In this document: positions 31,057-40,942 of the stretch, piece by piece
Layout: every line of letters begins with the position of its first letter
Numbering within the stretch: position 1 is the first letter of the stretch
Source of the DNA: an uncultured Methanoregulaceae archaeon
Lineage (GTDB): Archaea > Halobacteriota > Methanomicrobia > Methanomicrobiales > Methanospirillaceae
Assembly: GCA_963705255.1 (NCBI GenBank)
Contig: OY970061.1
Span: 1,248,001-1,312,000 of the forward strand
DNA length: 64,000 nucleotides
Direction of reading: 5' to 3'
The notes under the pieces: generated by a model
The model's database searches: none
What the model saw: only the letters and a program-made list of their open reading frames with translations
Told to the model about the DNA's origin: nothing
Position numbers and translations under genes: made by a program

Positions 31057-32097
31057 ATGAAAACAATTGGCGTTCTGACAGGAGGGGGCGACTGCCCCGG
31101 GCTCGACGCGGCGATCCGGGCAGTCGTACGGTCGGGAATACGACATGACTTTGAAACACTCGGGATCCGCAACGGGTGGATGGGACTCATCGAAGGCGAT
31201 GTGGAGCCGCTCACCGATTTCTCCGTGTCCGGGATCCTGCCAAAAGGGGGAACTATCCTCGGCACGTCCCGCACCGACCCGCTCAAAAACACATCGGACT
31301 TCCAGAAGATCAAAAATAACATGAAAAAATACGGCATTCATGCCCTTGTTGTCATTGGAGGCGACGGCACCCTCTCGGCTGCACGGGATGTCGCGAAGCA
31401 GGGGATCCCGATTGTGGGCATCCCAAAAACTATAGACAACGATATTCTGGGAACCGATGCCTCGATCGGGTTCGACACCGCGATAACGACCGTGACAGAG
31501 GCCATAGACCGGCTCCATACAACTGCCGAGTCCCATCACCGGATCATCGTGGTCGAAGTGATGGGACGGAACGTGGGCTGGATCGCGATCACGGCTGGAA
31601 TCGCCGGCGGGGCAGACGAGATCCTCATACCCGAAGTGCACTTCACGATGGACGAGGTCTGCAAAAACCTCACGGCGCGGTACGAGGCGGGAAAGAAGTT
31701 TTCCATTGTCGTGATTGCCGAAGGAGCGCACCGCGAGGACATCGGTCTCCTGCCGGTTCCGGAGGACGCAAGGGACGAGTGCGGGCATGAGAAATTCGTG
31801 GGCGTCGGAAACCTTCTCGGCAGGGAGATCGAACACAGGATGGGAGTCGAGACCCGCGTCACGATCCTCGGGTACATCCAGCGGGGCGGTTCACCGACTG
31901 CCTATGACCGCGTGCTCGCAACCCGCTTCGGGGCCGCTGCCGTCCAGCTGGTAAAGGACGGGGAATTCGGGAGGATGGTCGGGCTGGAGGGAAACCGGGT
32001 CATCAGCGTCCCGCTTGAGGCCGCAGTCTCGCACCTGAAGACGGTCGATCCGGCATTGTACAAACTGGCCAGGACCGTAATCGGCGGAAGGAAATGA
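31057..32097 (+). CDS. pfkA: 6-phosphofructokinase (PfkA family)
   Basis: TGGGDCPGL, GGTILGTSR, GGDGT, PKTIDND, EVMGR, LGYIQRGG. Confidence 0.95.
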   Translation: MKTIGVLTGGGDCPGLDAAIRAVVRSGIRHDFETLGIRNGWMGLIEGDVEPLTDFSVSGILPKGGTILGTSRTDPLKNTSDFQKIKNNMKKYGIHALVVIGGDGTLSAARDVAKQGIPIVGIPKTIDNDILGTDASIGFDTAITTVTEAIDRLHTTAESHHRIIVVEVMGRNVGWIAITAGIAGGADEILIPEVHFTMDEVCKNLTARYEAGKKFSIVVIAEGAHREDIGLLPVPEDARDECGHEKFVGVGNLLGREIEHRMGVETRVTILGYIQRGGSPTAYDRVLATRFGAAAVQLVKDGEFGRMVGLEGNRVISVPLEAAVSHLKTVDPALYKLARTVIGGRK

Positions 32098-32847
32098 ATG
32101 GCAGATAACGTACCTGAAAAGAGGGTGACGCAGGGGCAGCCGGTCCCCGTGTGCTGGAAAGGGCCGTTGCCGGAGCCCGCCGTCCGGGACATGGACGAGC
32201 TCAGGAAGGTGCTCGCGCGGCCGGACTGCCCCTGCTCGGGACCGGCCTATTACATGTACCGCAATGTCGCAAGGTCAGCCGGAGACCGCAGGTGGATCGA
32301 AGAACAGCAGATCCGCTTCGACATCACCGTCATGCCTCCCCGGGATCTCTGCGGGGAATATATCAAGACAAAAGGACATTTCCACCCGCCTAATCTTTCC
32401 GGCACGGGCTATCCTGAGATCTATGAAGTACTTGCCGGCGAGGCCCACTACCTGATCCAGACGAGAGACTGTTCCGACGTCGTGCTGATCTCAGCCTGTG
32501 CCGGGGAGATGGTGATCGTCCCGCCGGGATACGGCCATGTGACCATCAATCCCTCCCGTACTGCCGTCCTCCAGATGGCAAACATCGTCTCCTCGGTGTT
32601 TGCCGGGGAATACCGGGGATACGAGGAGCGGGGCGGGGCTGCATTTTTCGAGATGAGGAACGGCGAGATCACGAAGAACCCGGCCTACCCGGACCACACA
32701 GTCATGAGGATGCGGAAAGCCGGGAGGATTGCCGGGGAGTCCGGCACCATCACCGATCCCCTCTACAAACTGATTGAGCAGCGCTCGCCGGTCCTGGCGT
32801 TCCTGAACCGGCCTGAGGAGTTCGGGCACCTGTTCCGGGAGCCGTAA
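32098..32847 (+). CDS. Cupin-type glucose-6-phosphate isomerase
   Basis: KTKGHFH, PEIYEVL.G, VPPGYGHVTIN. Confidence 0.88.
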   Translation: MADNVPEKRVTQGQPVPVCWKGPLPEPAVRDMDELRKVLARPDCPCSGPAYYMYRNVARSAGDRRWIEEQQIRFDITVMPPRDLCGEYIKTKGHFHPPNLSGTGYPEIYEVLAGEAHYLIQTRDCSDVVLISACAGEMVIVPPGYGHVTINPSRTAVLQMANIVSSVFAGEYRGYEERGGAAFFEMRNGEITKNPAYPDHTVMRMRKAGRIAGESGTITDPLYKLIEQRSPVLAFLNRPEEFGHLFREP

Positions 32848-32896
32848 TCCGGTGGTAAAGGAGAGCCATGGGGATTGACGATCCGCCGGAACCCCT

Positions 32897-34204
32897 CTAC
32901 ATGTTCAGCATGTACGGCAGGATCACCACGGCCAGCAGGACGATCAGCATGAGATAACTTACTGCGTTGACCACGTAGCCTGAGTACCGGGACCACCCTC
33001 GCCGGTCGAACGCCCGGTCGACACCCTCTTTCAGGATATATCCCCCGTCAAGCGGTACGAGCGGGAGAGCGTTGAAGGTCCCGACCACAACGTTGAACCA
33101 TCCACACCAGAAGAGGAGCTGGATAACGAACCAGAACTGGGAAAAGGGCACCTGCCACATCACCGCATCCGTAGTGTCGATGGTCAGGAGGCTGAACTGG
33201 CTCCACTGCCCGGGATCCGTGATGGTATAGATCGGGACTGCCAGCAGGATGACGGGACCGATGGGCCCACGGAGGAGATCGAACTGTGATTTTACCAGCG
33301 GGGCATCGTAATACGAGACCCCCATGAACCCGCTCTGCCGCGGCCCGAGCTCTGCCGGCCACGAGGTAACCGTCAGGGTATAGGGCTTCAGTTGACCGTT
33401 GTTCCCGACAAGGAGCCTGACCGGATCTCCGGGCCGGGTCGAGTTGAGCATACGGGCGACATCGTCCGTCGTCGATACGCTGATGCCGTTCACTTCCCGG
33501 ATCACCGAATTCGGGGGCAGGCCGGCAGCATAGGCGGGGGAGTCTACATAGACGCCGTGGACGAGTGGGGTGGAGAGCGGGACAGCAAAACCCAGCAGGA
33601 CGACCAGGAGGATAAAACAGACCAGCCCCAGGAGGATATTGTTGGTGATACCGGCCCCGAACATCCTCATCTTGGACAGGCCCTTCGCCTTCTCCTGGTC
33701 CTCTTCATCGGGCTCGACATAGGCGCCGACCGGGATCACCGCGAGCAGGACCCCCAGTGCCCGTACGCGGATCCCTTCGACGCGGCAGAGGACGGCATGC
33801 CCGAACTCGTGGACAACCATCGTGACGATAAGGCCGAACCAGACTGCAAAGGTGAAGGGGATGAAGTCGTTCACCCCGGGGATGGCAAGGACGTTCTTCG
33901 GTTCGTTGGCTGCCGTCAGCGGGGGGCGCTGGACCACGATGTGCTGGACGGAGTAAAACAGCATCGCGGTCATCAGGACCGAGACGAGCGCCACCATGAA
34001 GACGCCAAGCGTGCCGTAGATCCGCAGGAAAGTACGGAACCGGATAAACGCATCAAAAAACCCGACCTTGTCGGTCTTTACAGCCATGAACGGCCCGTAG
34101 AAGGTGATATGGTCCTGCCACAGTTTTTTCCTGTGAATAGAATACGCAGCGAGGGCATAGGCTGCGACAAGAAGAACTGCAGGAAGGATCCAGTCCATCA
34201 GCAA
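32897..34204 (-). CDS. Site-2 protease (M50) with PDZ domain
   Basis: HEFGH, FNALPLVPLDGG, SPAYAAGL PDZ motif. Confidence 0.92.
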   Translation of the reverse strand: MLMDWILPAVLLVAAYALAAYSIHRKKLWQDHITFYGPFMAVKTDKVGFFDAFIRFRTFLRIYGTLGVFMVALVSVLMTAMLFYSVQHIVVQRPPLTAANEPKNVLAIPGVNDFIPFTFAVWFGLIVTMVVHEFGHAVLCRVEGIRVRALGVLLAVIPVGAYVEPDEEDQEKAKGLSKMRMFGAGITNNILLGLVCFILLVVLLGFAVPLSTPLVHGVYVDSPAYAAGLPPNSVIREVNGISVSTTDDVARMLNSTRPGDPVRLLVGNNGQLKPYTLTVTSWPAELGPRQSGFMGVSYYDAPLVKSQFDLLRGPIGPVILLAVPIYTITDPGQWSQFSLLTIDTTDAVMWQVPFSQFWFVIQLLFWCGWFNVVVGTFNALPLVPLDGGYILKEGVDRAFDRRGWSRYSGYVVNAVSYLMLIVLLAVVILPYMLNM

Positions 34205-34281
34205 CTATGGCATTTTCGGAGCAATAAAAGAATTGCCCGCAGTAACGGATCGACGGTTGCACCGGTCGTGCGAACAACGGC

Positions 34282-34451
34282 AGTCGAAGATTTACTTCGT
34301 AAATCTTCTCCTCTTCGAGGTTTGAAGGAGTATCAAACCCTGAGAAGGAGAAGGGAGGCAAAAGCCGACCTTCGACATTCTGATGATGGCTACAGTGGTC
34401 GAAGATTTCTGATGAAATCTTCTCCTCTTCGAGGTCTGAAGACCTCTCAGA
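34282..34451. repeat. Cluster of TC/TC-closed hairpins with an internal ~115-nt direct repeat
   Basis: GTCGAAGATTT at 34283 and 34398; AAATCTTCTCCTCTTCGAGGT at 34301 and 34415. Confidence 0.85.
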
Positions 34452-34452
34452 T

Positions 34453-35091
34453 TCAGAAATCGAAGAGCTGGCTCTGCGATCTTTTTGCAAGGATCGCGCT
34501 GACCGTCTTCCAGCTCTTCCGGGCGATGGGCGGGGGGTGGTGGTGATCTTCGATATATGCGGTCAGGTACCGGATAGTGACCGGGTCTGACGGGTAACCG
34601 CTGCCGATCTCCCCGTATTTTTTTGCGAGGACTGAGATCGCCCGGTCACGCGTGACTTTTGCGACAATACTCGCTGCTGAGACAACAGGGAATTTCTCGT
34701 CGGCATGGTGCTCGGAGACGATCTCGCACTCGAGATCGAGATTATTCTTCACCATCTCGGCATAACGGAAAGCATTGACATCGCAGGCGTCGACATAGGC
34801 ACAGGACGGCGAGAGCCTGCTGATCGCCCGGGCGTGGGCCCTCGCGACCGCCGAGTTCAGGGTCATCTGGGTGCGGACAGAATCGATCTCCTCCGCATCG
34901 AGCTTCACCGTGGTGATCCTGCACCGTTTCCGGATCAGGGAATAGAGGCGTTCACGCTCTTTCTGCGCAAGGAGTTTTGAGTCCTTCACCCCGAGGTCGG
35001 CCAGCGCGTCCTCCGATGCAATACCGACGGCAGCAATCACCATCGGGCCCAGCACCGAGCCTTTCCCCGCCTCGTCGACCCCGCAGATCAC
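34453..35091 (-). CDS. rnhB: Ribonuclease HII
   Basis: GVDEAGKG, VKDSK, SAASIVAKVTRD, GSGYPSD. Confidence 0.96.
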   Translation of the reverse strand: MICGVDEAGKGSVLGPMVIAAVGIASEDALADLGVKDSKLLAQKERERLYSLIRKRCRITTVKLDAEEIDSVRTQMTLNSAVARAHARAISRLSPSCAYVDACDVNAFRYAEMVKNNLDLECEIVSEHHADEKFPVVSAASIVAKVTRDRAISVLAKKYGEIGSGYPSDPVTIRYLTAYIEDHHHPPPIARKSWKTVSAILAKRSQSQLFDF

Positions 35092-35145
35092 GATCAGGAA
35101 TTGATGCGCAAATTATTTCAATGCCGGTGATAGAGACAGGTAGTC

Positions 35146-35208
35146 ATGTACATCATCGTCGTTGGGCTCGGCGGGATAGGGCGGAGCGTCGCAAAACTGG
35201 CAGTGGAA
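35146..35208 (+). pseudogene. 5' stub of a TrkA-N/Rossmann-fold gene
   Basis: MYIIVVGLGGIGRSVAKLAVE (GxGxxG), then similarity is lost and the frame runs into the convergent gene. Confidence 0.55.
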
Positions 35209-35239
35209 CCTGCGGCTCCTGAACAAACAACTCAAAAGA

Positions 35240-36436
35240 TCAGCGGATCGATGCTGCGAGCGCGCCCAGCTCGAGCACCAGTCTCGGGTTGATCCGGATT
35301 AACTCTTTTATCAGGGTAAGGGTAGAGAACTCCCGGAGGTTCAGTTTCGAGACGGAGTGGATGATCTCGTTGAGTTTTTCATCGGGCTGTTTTATCAAGT
35401 ATTCCTTGATGTGGTAATTCCGCTCGATCGCCTTGCCCATCCTGGACGTCCTCCAGGTCTTGTCATATACCATGAGGGCTTTTTTCGAGAGATCGCCCTT
35501 GCCGATACAGTCTGCAGCCACTTCTGCCGCAAGCCTGCCGGTGAACATCGCGTTGTAGATACCTCCGCCGGTCAGGGGGTCGACGACCCGTGCGGCATCT
35601 CCGGCAATGAGGAGACCGTCGCCCACTGTACAGTCAAGCGGTCGGCAGACCGAGACCCCCCCGGGGATATACTCGATGGTCTTTCCCTTCGGAAAGGTCT
35701 TTTTCACGAACCTGTCAAGGTAGTCCTTTGCCCGGTGGCCTGTCCCGCTCTTCCTGCCGGAGATGCCGATCCCGACATTTGCTGAACGCGCTCCCTTGGG
35801 GAATACCCAGAGGTACCCCTCCGGTGCGACATCGCTGCCGAGGTAAAAGATGGTGGAGTGGGGGTCGATATCGATGTCGGCCATGACGTACTGGACCGAG
35901 GACATGATCTCGCGGACCGGGACCGTCGTATCGATACCGCACCATTTCGAGAACTTCGACTCCACGCCGTCCGCGGCAACGACCACATCGGCGCTCACCT
36001 TCATGACCTTGCCGCAGTATTCGACTTTTGCGCCTTTGACAACCCCGTCCTCCAGGATCGGGGCTGCTGCCCGGGACTTGACGGCTACCTCGGCTCCTGC
36101 CTCTGCCGCCCTCCACACCAGCTCGCGGTCGAAGATCTTGCGGTCGAGCACGTACCCGACCTTGCTTCCCGCTATCGCTGACTCGAGTTTCATGAAAAAA
36201 CCGTCGGGCGCAACAATGCCTGCACCCGTCATTTCGGCAGAGATCCAGCGGGGGTCGGCCTCGATGAACTCGAGGAGGGCTTCCTTCCCGATACCTTCCG
36301 CACACCGGACCGGGGCGCCGATGGCCGGGCGTTTCTCGACGATACACGCGGTCAGCCCTTTCTCGACAGCGGTCTTTGCCGCAAGCGCTCCTGCCGGGCC
36401 TCCCCCGATGACGAGCACGTCGTACTTATTTCTCAT
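35240..36436 (-). CDS. Geranylgeranyl reductase family (DGGGPL reductase-like)
   Basis: [30 protein letters not shown]...DPLTGGGI. Confidence 0.92.
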   Translation of the reverse strand: MRNKYDVLVIGGGPAGALAAKTAVEKGLTACIVEKRPAIGAPVRCAEGIGKEALLEFIEADPRWISAEMTGAGIVAPDGFFMKLESAIAGSKVGYVLDRKIFDRELVWRAAEAGAEVAVKSRAAAPILEDGVVKGAKVEYCGKVMKVSADVVVAADGVESKFSKWCGIDTTVPVREIMSSVQYVMADIDIDPHSTIFYLGSDVAPEGYLWVFPKGARSANVGIGISGRKSGTGHRAKDYLDRFVKKTFPKGKTIEYIPGGVSVCRPLDCTVGDGLLIAGDAARVVDPLTGGGIYNAMFTGRLAAEVAADCIGKGDLSKKALMVYDKTWRTSRMGKAIERNYHIKEYLIKQPDEKLNEIIHSVSKLNLREFSTLTLIKELIRINPRLVLELGALAASIR

Positions 36437-36602
36437 GCACTACCTCCAGGGCACCGAGGGGGCATACTTTCGCACAGATACCGCAGCTCGTGCAGTTCTT
36501 CTCAACGGAAAGGTAGGCGTCGATCAGTTCGAGGGCACCTTCAGAACAGACAGAGACGCAGCAACCGCAATATCCACAAATATCCCGATGTACTTTGAGC
36601 AT
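36426..36602 (-). CDS. 2[4Fe-4S] ferredoxin (58 aa; not in ORF track)
   Basis: [22 protein letters not shown]...[16 protein letters not shown]; overlaps the reductase start. Confidence 0.9.
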   Translation of the reverse strand: MLKVHRDICGYCGCCVSVCSEGALELIDAYLSVEKNCTSCGICAKVCPLGALEVVHEK

Positions 36603-36924
36603 TGACTGAGCATATTGGTTTCCTGTTTCATTAATATTTACGGAAACTGTTCCGGATATCCTGTCATCGCACAGGTCTGGAACATGCTGCCGGCACCGTG
36701 AGGTTCACCCCCCCCGGCTGGAAGGAAACGATGCCAAAGATTAAGGGGGAAATATATTTATAAGATTGGAGGAAGGATGTTTCTATTGGGAGCCCGGCGT
36801 CTGTTGACCATTCATCACCGGGCTTCCCATATGCAGGACATGATTGAGCGTCTGAAAATGAGATTTTTTCGGCATCGTTTCTTCCATAAAAAAGGTCTGG
36901 CCACTTCTCTTCAATAAAATAGTT

Positions 36925-36955
36925 TTTAAATACAGATACATAGAAATATATTTCC
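36925..36955 (+). promoter_or_regulatory. TATA box and NrpR-like operator upstream of glnA
   Basis: TTTAAATA at 36925..36932, then AGAA-ATATAT-TTCC at 36942..36955 (one mismatch to GGAA-N6-TTCC). Confidence 0.5.
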
Positions 36956-37045
36956 TAGTGCAGACACGGCATACCTAGCATGCCTGGTTATTTTGCACAT
37001 GCATTGGGCACCGTTTCAGTGTGTTCCTCTATGGATGGTGTTAGA

Positions 37046-38521
37046 ATGGCACAAGCGAATAAACCAAAAAAAATGACAGAAGTGACAAAAGAGCAGGTCA
37101 GCGGTGTGACTTCTCTTATAAAAAAGAAGAATATCCAGATCGTTGACCTGAAATTCAACGACCTGCCCGGCCTCTGGCAGCATTTCTCAATCCCTGCATC
37201 GGAATTGAGCGACTCTCCTGATCCCAAGTCGGGAATCTGGTCGGAAGGGATAGGCTTCGACGGTTCCTCAATCCGCGGGTTCCAGAAGATCCAGGAGTCG
37301 GACATGGTCCTGTACCTGGATGCTGCTACCGCGGTGACCGACCCGGTCTGCGAAGTACCCACGCTCTCGATCATCTGCAACGTTTTTGATCCGGTGACCA
37401 AGGAAGCCTACACGAGGGACCCGAGGTTTATTGCCCAGAAGGCGGAGGAGTATCTCAAGTCCACCGGCATTGCCGACCAGAGTTTCTGGGGGCCGGAGTA
37501 CGAGTTCTTCCTCTTCGATGATGTCAGGTACTCCCAGACCGTCAACCAGGGGTTCTACTCGGTGGATTCGGTAGAAGGTATCTGGAACTCCGGGCGGGAC
37601 GAGCAGCCCAACCTCGGGTACAAACCCCGCCACAAGGAAGGGTACTTCCCGGTACCGCCGCACGACTCGCTCCAGGATGTCCGGAGCCAGATGATCCTCA
37701 AGATGATTGAGACGGGAATTCCTATCGAAGTCCACCACCACGAGGTGGCAACTGCCGGCCAGAACGAGATCGACATACGATACAGTCCGCTGGTCAGGAT
37801 GGCGGACCACTGCATGATGTACAAGTATATCGTCAAGAATATGGCCCGCGACTTTGGCATGGTCGCGACCTTCATGCCCAAGCCCCTCTTCGGGGACAAC
37901 GGCTCGGGGATGCACACCCACCAGTCGCTCTGGAAGAACGGAAAGAACCTCTTCTTCGATGCGAAGGGATACGGCATGATCAGTGAGACAGCAAAATATT
38001 ATGTCGGCGGTCTCCTGAAACATGCCAACGCTCTCATGGCGTTCTGCGCACCGTCCACCAACTCCTACAAGCGGCTCGTGCCGGGTTACGAGGCCCCCGT
38101 CAATCTCGTGTACCCGCTCAGGAACCGTTCTGCTGCCGTCAGGATCCCGATGTACTCGGAGAATCCCAAAACAAAACGGATCGAGTTCCGCCCGCCTGAC
38201 CCGATGTGCAACCCGTACCTCTCCTTCTCTGCGCTCCTCATGGCAGGCATCGACGGTGTCAAAAAGAAGATCGACCCTGGCAAGCCGTTCGAGGGCAACA
38301 CCTACGAGCTCGAAGGAAAGGCAGCCAAGAAACTCCCGACCGTCCCCGGTTCACTTGAACAGGCCATTGACGCGCTCGAGGCGGATCACAAGTTCCTGCT
38401 TGAGGGAGGCGTCTTCACCCAGGACGTGATCGATGTCTGGATCGAGTACAAACGCTCTGAGATAGACGAGGTCAGGCTCCGCCCCCACCCGTGGGAGTTC
38501 CAGTTGTACTTCGATATGTAA
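37046..38521 (+). CDS. glnA: Type I glutamine synthetase (GSI-beta-like)
   Basis: FDGSSIRGF, HHHEVA, TFMPKP..GDNGSGMH, NSYKRLVPGYEAP, RIEFRPPD. Confidence 0.96.
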   Translation: MAQANKPKKMTEVTKEQVSGVTSLIKKKNIQIVDLKFNDLPGLWQHFSIPASELSDSPDPKSGIWSEGIGFDGSSIRGFQKIQESDMVLYLDAATAVTDPVCEVPTLSIICNVFDPVTKEAYTRDPRFIAQKAEEYLKSTGIADQSFWGPEYEFFLFDDVRYSQTVNQGFYSVDSVEGIWNSGRDEQPNLGYKPRHKEGYFPVPPHDSLQDVRSQMILKMIETGIPIEVHHHEVATAGQNEIDIRYSPLVRMADHCMMYKYIVKNMARDFGMVATFMPKPLFGDNGSGMHTHQSLWKNGKNLFFDAKGYGMISETAKYYVGGLLKHANALMAFCAPSTNSYKRLVPGYEAPVNLVYPLRNRSAAVRIPMYSENPKTKRIEFRPPDPMCNPYLSFSALLMAGIDGVKKKIDPGKPFEGNTYELEGKAAKKLPTVPGSLEQAIDALEADHKFLLEGGVFTQDVIDVWIEYKRSEIDEVRLRPHPWEFQLYFDM

Positions 38522-38766
38522 CGATAATCCTCTTTTTTTCACGACAGATATGCTCTGCCTGGCAGATGCTCAGGGCGCACATTCCGAATACGGTAGACAG
38601 GCGGAACCAACAGTACGTCCCCGCCTTACGAGTAGAGGATTACCGCGCCGGTCCGGGGGTCTTCAATTGCATCCTTCACCTTCGGGTGGACTGCGTATCT
38701 CCGCACCTGGCGCATCGGTAAGTACCGCGATCCCACTTTTGAACGCGCTGCCCGGAAGGGTCGGAA

Positions 38767-39970
38767 CTATGGTTGGATGTGCAGATTCTCATCGGTCACG
38801 TAACAGAAGGGATCTTCCGCCAGGAAATCCCCCCCCGCTGCATGTGCCCGGACCCGGCAGCCGCCCCCGCAGAGTTCACGATAGCTGCACGCCCCGCACC
38901 TGCCCCCGAACCGGGCCTCCTTTTCCCGGAACCGGGCGAGGACAGGATTGGCCGTGTCCGCCCAGAGCCCGCTGAACGGGCGGTCCCTGATGTTCCCCAC
39001 GAGAAATTCCGGTGAACGGGCAAACTGGCACGGAAACACGTTTCCCCGTGCATCGATATTTGCCACGCGGGTACCGGCACTGCATCCGCCCTTTAAGGAT
39101 GCCAGCAACCCGCGGGCATCGGCAAGATCTTCAGACCTGTCCTGCTCCATGGACCCGAGCAGGTGGATGCAGTCCTGAGGAGCATCGACCGTAAGAAACT
39201 CCATAGATGAGGGGTCTATCTGCTTTGCTTTCCGGTAGAGGAGGGTGAGGACCTCCGTCACCTCGCTCTGGCCCAGCTGCAACCGGGAATAGGAATCGAT
39301 CCCCCGTCCTGCGGGCACGAGCCAGTACAGGCAGAAGCGCGAGGCGCCAAGCTCCAGGGCACGATCGACAAGGGCTTCAAGTTCCCGGTGGTTCTCCCGG
39401 GTGAGCGTGACCCGCACCCCGCACCGGAGCCCGGCTTCATGGCAGGCTGCAAATGCTGCGACGGTCTGTCCAAACGCACCGGGTGAATTCCGGAACCGGT
39501 CATGGGTCTCTACCGTAGCACCGTCAAGCGAGATCCCGGCGTACTCTATCCCGCTTTCCCGGATCCTGACAGCGACGTCAGGGGTGATCAGCGTCCCGTT
39601 GGTGCTGAGTGCCATTTTGAGACCGCGGTCCCTGGCATGACGGGCCAGTTCCCAGATATCCTCCCTCAGGAGCGGTTCCCCGCCCGAGAACAGGATGAGC
39701 GGGACGCCCATACCGGCGAGGTCATCGATGACCTGCACCGCTTCTCCGGTCGTGAGTTCCCCTGCCGTCTCGCGTCCGGGTCCCGATCTGTTGTAGCAGT
39801 GGGTGCAGGCTCAGGTTGCAGAGGTCCGTCAGGTTCCAGAAGACCACCGGGCGGTACATTCCCGAGAATGCCAGATAGGAACTGGGCACATCAGTCTCCG
39901 GTGTGTGCCGGTGCCGGATGACGGAACTCACCGTTCCCCGCCCGTGCAGGCACTGGGTAATCCGGTTCAC
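38767..39970 (-). CDS. ahbC: Radical SAM Fe-coproporphyrin synthase AhbC-like (frameshift at ~39810)
   Basis: PVVFWNLT..CNL.C.HCY across the frameshift, FSGGEPL, SPASM cysteines. Confidence 0.8.
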
Positions 39971-40449
39971 AGGAGATCCCCTCCGTTCTCCCGCAGCCTC
40001 ACATTCGGCACACGCTTGAACTCGCGGGTGCTGAAGAGGACGGTATAATCCTGACAGCCGGTCTTTTCTGCAATGGCCCCGACCTCATCCAGCACCTGCT
40101 CCCTGCTGTACCCGTGGTGCACGGTATAATGGGTGTACTCCCACCGCCCCGGTACCGGGCGGCGTTCATAGCAGTGGGTCACGGAGGGAAACGCTGCGAG
40201 CAGGTTTCCCATGTCACCGGCACCCCCCGGTTTCCACGCCACAAGGGCGTTCGCGGTGATGCCCACCTTCCGCTGGTCAATGCGGACCCGGAGTTTGCGG
40301 ATTACGCCGGCAGACTTGAGGAGCCGGATCCGTTCCACCACTTCATCACCGCTCAGGCCCAGCCGTCTTCCGGTCTCCTCGAAGGGAGCCGGGACGAGCG
40401 GGAGGCCGAGTTCCAGTTCCCGGAGGAGGCGAACATCAGTCTGGTCCAT
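39967..40449 (-). CDS. ahbB: Siroheme decarboxylase subunit beta
   Basis: AsnC-like; NALVAW, VTHCYER...W.Y..YTVHH, FSTREFK. Confidence 0.85.
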   Translation of the reverse strand: MDQTDVRLLRELELGLPLVPAPFEETGRRLGLSGDEVVERIRLLKSAGVIRKLRVRIDQRKVGITANALVAWKPGGAGDMGNLLAAFPSVTHCYERRPVPGRWEYTHYTVHHGYSREQVLDEVGAIAEKTGCQDYTVLFSTREFKRVPNVRLRENGGDLL

Positions 40450-40942
40450 CAGTCATCTCCCGTGCCGGTATCAGGGAGAACCGCACATCGATCTTTATCT
40501 TTTTAGCCGTCGGCAGGTCAAGGACATCCGATGCCGGGATCCCGGTCCTCCGGAGAATATCATCCAGCACGTTCCGGACGCCCTTCCCGTTCTGTGCAGC
40601 GATCGTGAACCAGAGGCAATAAAAATGGTCACGCTGGAAGTTATGCGATACTTCCGGATAGCTGCTGATCAGGGCAGCGACCTCGTCCACTCTCTCTTCC
40701 GGTACGTGGAGGGCCACCAGTGTTGCTGCATGCAACCCCAGGGAGCGGGACTCAAGCACCGGGGATATGCCCCGGATAATTCCTGCTTCCTCCAGTTTTT
40801 TCATCCGCCCGAGCATCCCGGTTTCCGTCATTCCCAGGCGATCTGCGATCGCTTTCCATGGCCGGGGTACGAGCGGAAGGTCATCCTGAAGGGCGTTGAG
40901 TATGGCAAGGTCGGTCGGGTCCGGCTGGATGGGTCCGCTCAT
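40436..40942 (-). CDS. ahbA: Siroheme decarboxylase subunit alpha
   Basis: LQDDLPLVPRPW, VSHNFQRDH...LWFT, KIDVRF. Confidence 0.85.
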   Translation of the reverse strand: MSGPIQPDPTDLAILNALQDDLPLVPRPWKAIADRLGMTETGMLGRMKKLEEAGIIRGISPVLESRSLGLHAATLVALHVPEERVDEVAALISSYPEVSHNFQRDHFYCLWFTIAAQNGKGVRNVLDDILRRTGIPASDVLDLPTAKKIKIDVRFSLIPAREMTDGPD

